Positions 58,024 through 64,000 of a stretch of 64,000 nt of DNA are shown here, in pieces. Made by a program: the position numbers and the translations under genes. The notes beneath the pieces were generated by a model. That model ran no database searches. It saw only the letters and a list, made by a program, of their open reading frames with translations, and had not been told where the DNA came from. This DNA is from Thermodesulfobacteriota bacterium (GTDB lineage: Bacteria; Desulfobacterota; Desulfobulbia; Desulfobulbales; SURF-16): contig JBFMAY010000001.1 of assembly GCA_040755455.1 (NCBI GenBank), forward strand, positions 160,001 to 224,000. The letters are read 5' to 3'. The first letter of the stretch is position 1; every line of letters starts with the position of its first letter.

Positions 58024-59511
58024 ATGAAGAAGAGATTATTGTTGCCCCTGGCTTTGCTGGCAGCCGGCAGCGTGATGCTGACAGGCTGCAATGCCCCTGA
58101 GAAGGTCGAGGCCGTCCGGCCGGTGCAGATTGCCGAAGGAGAGATGGACCCCGGTGAATGGGGCAAGGCCTATCCCGTCCACTACGATCTGTGGAAAAAA
58201 ACCGCCGAGCCGACCGAGCCGGGCAAGAGCAAGTACAAGAGAGGCTTTGACGCGGACGGCATCACCTATGACAAACTATCGGAATTTCCCTACATGGCCC
58301 TGCTTTTCAATGGCTGGGGCTTTGGCGTTGAGTACAACGAGCCGCGCGGCCATGCCTATATGATGACGGACCAGGTGGATATCGACCCGGCACGGGTAAA
58401 GGCCGGCGGCGTCTGCCTCACCTGCAAGACACCCTACGCCCCCAAGCTGGAGAAGGAAAAGGGGCTGGATTACTACAGCAAGCCCTGGGCCGAGGTGCGC
58501 GCCATGATCCCGGAGAAGCATCAGGACATGGGCGTGGCCTGCATCGACTGCCACGACAGCAAGGACATGTCCCTGGCCCTTTCCCGGGAGTTCACCCTGG
58601 GCAAGGCCCTTGACGCCATGCAGGTGGACCGGGCCAAACTCACCCACCAGGACATGCGTACCCTGGTCTGCGCCCAGTGTCATGTGACCTACAACATCCC
58701 CAAGGCGGACGGCAAATCGGTGAGCGTCTATTTTCCGTGGCAGGGAAGTTCCTGGGGCGATATCTCGGTTGAGAACATCATCAAGCAGATACGCACGGAC
58801 CAGTCGGTGGGAGAATGGACCCAGGCGGTGACCGGCTACAAGATGCCATTCATGCGTCATCCCGAATTCGAGCTCTTCTCCCGCAACAGCGTGCACTGGA
58901 TGGCCGGCGTTGCCTGCGCCGACTGCCATATGCCCTATACCAAGGTAGGGTCAAACAAGGTGTCCGACCACCGGGTGACCAGTCCGCTCAAGAACGATCT
59001 CAAAGCCTGCCAGCAGTGCCATACGGAAACCCCGGAGTGGCTGCGCAATCAGGTGACCGCCATCCAGGACCGCGTCACCTCCATGATGATCCGTTCCGGC
59101 TATGCCACGGCCACGGTGGCCAAGCTGATTGAAAAGGTGCATGGCCTGCAGGCGCAGGGCAAAGAGATCGATCAGCAGCTCTATGCGCAGGCCAAGGATT
59201 TCTATATGGAGGCTTTCTTGCGCAGTCTGTATATCGGGGCCGAGAATTCGGTGGGCTTCCACAACCCCACCGAGGCCATGCGGATACTTGGCGATGCCAC
59301 CGGCTTTGCCATGAAGGCGGAAGGGCTCCTGCGCCAGGCCTTGACCCGGGCCGGAGAGGAGGTGCCGATGGTGGTCAATCTCGAACTTGACAAGTACCTC
59401 AATGAGCGGGGCAAGAAAAAGCTCATGTTGCAGAAGGACGTGGAATTCAAGGACCCCTTCGGCGTGCAGGACAAACTGGTGAACGTGGAACTCACCAGCA
59501 AGCCGTTGTGA
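58024..59511 (+). CDS. nrfA: Ammonia-forming cytochrome c nitrite reductase catalytic subunit
   Basis: Lipobox LTGC; YNEPRGH; CxxCK (CLTCK) plus four CxxCH; RHPEFE; AENSVGFHNP. Confidence 0.97.
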   Translation: MKKRLLLPLALLAAGSVMLTGCNAPEKVEAVRPVQIAEGEMDPGEWGKAYPVHYDLWKKTAEPTEPGKSKYKRGFDADGITYDKLSEFPYMALLFNGWGFGVEYNEPRGHAYMMTDQVDIDPARVKAGGVCLTCKTPYAPKLEKEKGLDYYSKPWAEVRAMIPEKHQDMGVACIDCHDSKDMSLALSREFTLGKALDAMQVDRAKLTHQDMRTLVCAQCHVTYNIPKADGKSVSVYFPWQGSSWGDISVENIIKQIRTDQSVGEWTQAVTGYKMPFMRHPEFELFSRNSVHWMAGVACADCHMPYTKVGSNKVSDHRVTSPLKNDLKACQQCHTETPEWLRNQVTAIQDRVTSMMIRSGYATATVAKLIEKVHGLQAQGKEIDQQLYAQAKDFYMEAFLRSLYIGAENSVGFHNPTEAMRILGDATGFAMKAEGLLRQALTRAGEEVPMVVNLELDKYLNERGKKKLMLQKDVEFKDPFGVQDKLVNVELTSKPL

Positions 59512-59604
59512 AAAAAATAATATCGCCGTCTGGATGTCAGAGGCGGCATAAGGAGCCGTAACGAACTGTGCAAAGATGAAAAGGTTGTTTCGTAACGGCT
59601 CCTT
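59500..59604. repeat. Third copy of the ~102-bp hairpin repeat
   Basis: AAGCCGTTGTGAAAAAAATAATATCGCCGTCTGGATGTCAGAGGCGGCATAAGGAGCCGTAACGAAC...GGTTGTTTCGTAACGGCTCCTT aligns with 18638-18742. Confidence 0.88.
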
Positions 59605-59628
59605 GTAAATCAGCACTGGTGACTTTCC

Positions 59629-59668
59629 CGGCATGCCGGCCTCAATTGGGGCTGGCATGCCTTTTTTG
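59629..59668 (+). terminator. Intrinsic terminator of nrfHA
   Basis: GGCATGCCGGCCTC-AATT-GGGGCTGGCATGCC followed by a T-run. Confidence 0.8.
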
Positions 59669-60108
59669 TTTCGACAGAGCGGACTGACGCTACAATACCC
59701 CCAATAGATACCAATTCTCCCCCTGACGTTCCTGTGCAACGTCTGCTGTTATGTGAGCCTCTCCTGGCGGACAGCCTGGCCTCCGATGCGGCAGGCTACA
59801 ATGCCGCCCGCCATTTCAAGGAGCAGCAGCGGACCATCGCCGCCAGGCACCTCAGCTCTTTTGTTGCCCGCAACATCAAGGATATCCTCCGGCAGTTCGA
59901 GGGGCACGGTGTTGACCACCGCAACCCCATGAATCAGACCCCGACAGCGAAGGGGATCCTTAAAAGGGTGGGGGTACTTCGTAAAAAGTCCGGTTTGGTG
60001 ATGGTGGAGCAGTGCGCATCCGGACGAAAACCGGCTTCCTTCATGGTTCATTGCTTGCTGATCATGTGGTTTTTCTATCAACTACTCTGCAAAATTGCAG
60101 TGATTGAT

Positions 60109-60143
60109 CATGCAAATTGTAAAAGACTTTGACAATTTGCATG
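60109..60143. promoter_or_regulatory. 35-bp near-perfect palindrome overlapping a TTGACA -35 box (putative operator)
   Basis: CATGCAAATTGT-AAAAGACTTTG-ACAATTTGCATG, 20 bp upstream of ATG 60163. Confidence 0.6.
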
Positions 60144-60162
60144 GATGTGATAATTTTTGTAT

Positions 60163-61328
60163 ATGATTCCAAGAGATAGCGAACAGACCATCCGTACCCT
60201 CTTGCGCGGCTTCCCGGTCATCACCTGACCGGCGCGCGGCAATCGGGCAAGACAACGCTTGCCAGAGCTGTCTTTCCCGACCGCCCTTATGCCTCGCTGG
60301 AAGATCCGGACATCCGCCGTCTTGCCCAGGATGATCCCCGTTCGTTTCTGGACCGGTTCCCCGATGGCGGGGTGCTTGATGAGGTGCAACGCTGTCCGGA
60401 TATTCTCTCTTATCTGCAGACCATTGTCGATGCAGACGGCCGGATGGGGCTCTATATCCTCACCGGCTCCCAGCAGTTCGGGCTGATGTCAGGTATAACC
60501 CAGTCCCTGGCGGGCCGCGCCGCTTTTATAGAACTGCCGCCGTTTTCCGTTGCCGAATTGATCCGGGCCGGCAAACTCCCGGCGGATGCTGACACCATGC
60601 TGCTCGCCGGATGCTATCCGCCGCTCTATGACCGTGCAATCCCGCCCGCCGCGTGGTTTGGCGCCTATGTTACGGCGTATGTCGAACGGGACGTCCGGCA
60701 ACTGCTCAAGGTGCAGGATCTTGAATCATTCCAGCGCTTCGTGCGTCTCTGCGCCGGCAGGACCGCCCAGCTTCTCAATCTCTCCTCGCTCGCCACGGAA
60801 TGCGGCATTACCCACAACACGGCCAGGGCCTGGATATCGGTGCTCGAGGCCAGCTATCTCGTGTTTCTGCTCCGGCCGCACCACGCCAGTTTCAACAAGC
60901 GTCTCGTGAAAATGCCCAAACTCTATTTCTATGACACCGGCCTGGCATGCTGGCTTTTGGGGATCAGAACCCCGGAACAGCTGGCCATGCATCCGTTGCG
61001 GGGCAGCATATTCGAGACCTTCGTCACCGCGGAACTGGCCAAGTCGCAACTTAACCAAGGCGAGCCCCGCAACCTCTATTTCTGGCGGGACAGCAACGGC
61101 AACGAGGTGGATGTGTTGGTCGAATACGGCGACAGATTGATGCCCATCGAGATCAAGTCCGGCAAAACGGTAAACCGTGATTTTTTTACCGGGCTGGAGA
61201 AATGGCTGGCCCTGGCGGGCCGCGCCGCCCTCAACCCCACCCTGGTCTACGGCGGCGCTGACACCTTTGATCACCAGGGGGTGAAGGTGGTCGGCTGGCA
61301 GGGGTGCGGCGAGCTTCTTTCTGCCTAA
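60163..61328 (+). pseudogene. AAA_14 ATPase / DUF4143 protein, frameshifted
   Basis: MIPRDSEQTIRTLLRGFPVIT* (TGA 60226) continues in another frame as TGARQSGKTT...LDEVQR...LTGSQQ...YVERDV...KMPKLYFYDTGL...EVD...PIEIKS. One missing base near 60225 would restore the frame. Confidence 0.85.
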
Positions 61329-61414
61329 CCGTTTATCTCTCACTATGTGAAAACGTTTATTATTGAACAGGGTCAAGTCGAATGATCGAATTGAGGCCCC
61401 TTGTCATGCGTTCT

Positions 61415-63919
61415 TTAGATTCGTTTGTATTTCATCTTCAACGATGACTTGAATAACCGCCCTGTTCTCCATAAGTTCGGCGTATCCGAAGAACGTTCGA
61501 AGATGCCTATGCCAAGCATTTGGTCGAGGCAACGACGTGCGATTCCTCGCTCAAGTCCGGCACGTGTAGATAGGTATGTTTCCATCTCCTCCACATTAAA
61601 AGGGGTTATCTTCCCGGTAAACGCATTGATCCAGTCGGAAAGCTTGGCCCGGTTAGCCTCCGGACTGTCCATTTTGAAGTCAAGAAGGTGTTGCAGTTCC
61701 TGCAGAATTTGATCCATGTAGTCTTGTGACGCCTGTTCGTGCGCTTTGATAATCATCTGTTGATCCAGGCGCCCATCGACCAGGGAACCCAAACCCTTTT
61801 GCTCACCGCTCTCATTCAATGTACTCAAAAAACTGATTACCACACGGGGATAATAGGAAGCCCCTTGGCTGGAACTGTCGGCAAAATGCAGGCGAAGGAA
61901 GGTCGAGGTTAGAATATTGAACCGCCTGAGTTTGTACGGAAAAATTTGCAGGATCAACCGTTCGCCCTCTTGATCCGTCACCTCGCCAGCGCGGATGAGT
62001 TCCATCAACCCTTCGATCTCGGAGACAGTTTCAGGGAAAGATTTTCTGAAGAAACCGAGAAGAGGCAAACGCGACAAAAGGAAATTAAGAATTTTTTGAT
62101 AGTCCCAAAAGAGATAGATTGTCCGGTCAGCTACCTGCTGCTCTAAATTCTGGACACTGCGACTCGCCAGATCGGTGCGAAGAAAAAGTTTTACCTCAAC
62201 CTTCCCACTAAACCGGTCATCGGATTGGAGTGCGAGCAGAAACAAAAAAAGACTTTCAACAAACCTGTAAACCTCAGAAACTACAAAAGCGGTTTCAATG
62301 CCGTCAAGTAGGAAAATTCTCTTGCCATTTTTCGGCAATGCCTCCATCACCTTTTGTCTCAGGGTGATGGGGTCCAACCTGTCTTCAAGAATTTTCGCCA
62401 GGCGGGGGTGAATGACGTTCCGTTCGGTGCTGGACCCTTGCAGGGCGGCAAGCAGAATTGCCCACCACAATCCCTCGGGTTCGTCTTGAAAGAAATCTCG
62501 AGCATGCAAGAATTCTTGCGCGACGGTCTTTATGCCACCTGGAGTGTCGCTGCTTGCATCCACGAGAAGTGGTTCCCCTAACTGTTCGAGAGCGAGTTGT
62601 TTAGCTAATCTGGTTTTGCCCGTCCCTTTTCGACCCAATATGTAGCGGATCGAATTGTTGGGTTGGCGAAGCTTTGTGAGCGCCTCTGTCTGGATCAAAT
62701 CCCCCTGGTCAAGCGAGCCACTGCTGCTGAGCTTCCTTTTCACTGGCAAGGAGATTTCAAACAATCTGGTCAGTTCGCTTAATGCCGCTTTCGTTCCCGA
62801 GCCGAGATCATGATGATCGGGCAAGGTTATGGTGCGAAATGCTTGGTCATAAGGCCAGAGGAGCCAGCGATCTTCAACGGCTGAAGAATCAGCAGGAAAA
62901 TCCTCTTGCGCTTCGGGCTGGATTGATCGGGCAATGGTTTCTCCCATCAACTGGAGAAGATCGTTTCGCTGGCGTACCGTGCGTCTGCGAAAACCATCCT
63001 CAGTTTCCTCGTCAGGTTTGAATGTAATAATAACTCCCGGATTCTCAGGATTAGCCTCTAAAACTTCGCGGATGACTTCTTCCGCACCTCGCCACTGTTC
63101 ATCCAGTTTTGTAAAGATGGCTGCAGGGCCGGGGAGCAATTTCATCCAGGTCAATGTTGTCATTGCCATCCCCGAGCGATGATCAACCAGAATCACATCA
63201 AATCGCTGTTCAATGGCCCACCTTCTGATCCTCTCAATCCCCTCCGCCAGGATTCCAGGCATAAGACTGGTTTGCAGCGCAAACGCTGCAAAGTCAAGGT
63301 AGTAGGCGGATTCGCGTGGCCGACAGGCGATCAGGCGAACTTCACCTCCATCACGCCCCTGCAACAAGGCGGGTATGGCGATGATGCCCTGAGCTTTCCG
63401 AGCAATGCCAAGAAGGGTAGAGTTTAGACCGTTCGGTGTCACGCCAAACAGGACATCCAGCGATGGCGCCTCGATGTCAGCATCAAGGACGAGGACCTTC
63501 ACGCCCTCATGCGCCAGTTTTTGCGCCAAACAGGCCAGCACGGATGAACGGCCCTGTCCTCCTTTGTAGCCAAAGAAATGCACCACCCGTATGGCGGAAA
63601 GCCCCATAGTCTCAATCAGATCCGTTGTGGGCTTTTCCGGAAATGCCGCCCTTAACCAGTGTTGACCACGATTCTCCAGAGGATGTAGAGCGGCTTCGGC
63701 TGGTGTCATCCACTGCAGGGTGAATAGACAGTCAGCAGCTGTCTTTCGCACCTCCGCCATTGATAATTTCATTTTGCCACAGGCAATAAGTTCTCTCTCA
63801 TCATCTTCCTTTCCCTCGAAATCGGATGAGATGCAGCGAACATATACATAGGGAAAACGAAAGGCATGGTCTATCTCTCCAACAGCTTTCAGTTTTTCCA
63901 GTAGCCGCTTACCTGTCAT
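61415..63919 (-). CDS. ParA/MinD-like (KGGxGR variant) ATPase fused to a second P-loop NTPase
   Basis: FFGYKGGQGRS, VLDADIEAPSL, ILVDHRSG; second Walker A ILGRKGTGKT, Walker B IFLLDGIE, KLFLRTD, YPR; more AT-rich than the host genes. Confidence 0.85.
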   Translation of the reverse strand: MTGKRLLEKLKAVGEIDHAFRFPYVYVRCISSDFEGKEDDERELIACGKMKLSMAEVRKTAADCLFTLQWMTPAEAALHPLENRGQHWLRAAFPEKPTTDLIETMGLSAIRVVHFFGYKGGQGRSSVLACLAQKLAHEGVKVLVLDADIEAPSLDVLFGVTPNGLNSTLLGIARKAQGIIAIPALLQGRDGGEVRLIACRPRESAYYLDFAAFALQTSLMPGILAEGIERIRRWAIEQRFDVILVDHRSGMAMTTLTWMKLLPGPAAIFTKLDEQWRGAEEVIREVLEANPENPGVIITFKPDEETEDGFRRRTVRQRNDLLQLMGETIARSIQPEAQEDFPADSSAVEDRWLLWPYDQAFRTITLPDHHDLGSGTKAALSELTRLFEISLPVKRKLSSSGSLDQGDLIQTEALTKLRQPNNSIRYILGRKGTGKTRLAKQLALEQLGEPLLVDASSDTPGGIKTVAQEFLHARDFFQDEPEGLWWAILLAALQGSSTERNVIHPRLAKILEDRLDPITLRQKVMEALPKNGKRIFLLDGIETAFVVSEVYRFVESLFLFLLALQSDDRFSGKVEVKLFLRTDLASRSVQNLEQQVADRTIYLFWDYQKILNFLLSRLPLLGFFRKSFPETVSEIEGLMELIRAGEVTDQEGERLILQIFPYKLRRFNILTSTFLRLHFADSSSQGASYYPRVVISFLSTLNESGEQKGLGSLVDGRLDQQMIIKAHEQASQDYMDQILQELQHLLDFKMDSPEANRAKLSDWINAFTGKITPFNVEEMETYLSTRAGLERGIARRCLDQMLGIGIFERSSDTPNLWRTGRLFKSSLKMKYKRI

Positions 63920-63999
63920 ATAGCCACCCCTTTCGCACGAAGTTGAACAATAATGTCTTCAACTACCTTGACCAAGTTCAGGAGATTCGCGTCGGTCGT
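63916..63999 (-). CDS. 3' end of an upstream gene, translationally coupled to the ATPase (truncated by window)
   Basis: ...TTDANLLNLVKVVEDIIVQLRAKGVAI*; its TGA overlaps the ATPase ATG (ATGA). Confidence 0.6.
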   Translation of the reverse strand, partial: TTDANLLNLVKVVEDIIVQLRAKGVAI

Positions 64000-64000
64000 A

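Noticed and set aside
61323..61409. Integron attC site after the ATPase (minus strand GCATGAC...GTTAGGC)
   Set aside because: The R'' box lacks the conserved AAC, the interior does not fold into a continuous attC hairpin, GCCTAAC is simply the stop of the AAA gene, and no integrase is visible.

Overview
This is a GC-rich bacterial chromosomal segment. Its gene content (many PAS hybrid kinases, NrfHA, a MetF-MetV fusion, AmrS) suggests Desulfobacterota, possibly Desulfobulbaceae; that assignment is inference. It holds about 45 CDS, mostly signalling (5 histidine kinases, 2 response regulators, 2 diguanylate cyclases, PilZ, a heme-c MCP, a Ser/Thr kinase), transport, one-carbon/methionine enzymes, an AcuC-AcuB-GNAT acetylation module and nrfHA. 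I saw no rRNA, tRNA or CRISPR array. Features not explained by the ORF track: (1) a c-di-GMP-I riboswitch with an overlapping terminator, upstream of a compositionally foreign beta-propeller repeat gene; (2) a ~100-bp hairpin repeat family (3 copies) that supplies the same K-P-L-stop ending to two unrelated genes; (3) two unlisted small ORFs, one next to cspA and one coupled to nrfH; (4) a frameshifted AAA_14/DUF4143 gene and a TRAP-permease remnant; (5) the start of a lower-GC island with a ParA-like (KGGQGR) plus second P-loop ATPase fusion, a candidate defence system cut by the window edge. Unusual domain fusions are a B12 radical SAM + trigger-factor-type FKBP + TPR protein and a Clp/FtsH chimera with degenerate Walker B motifs.
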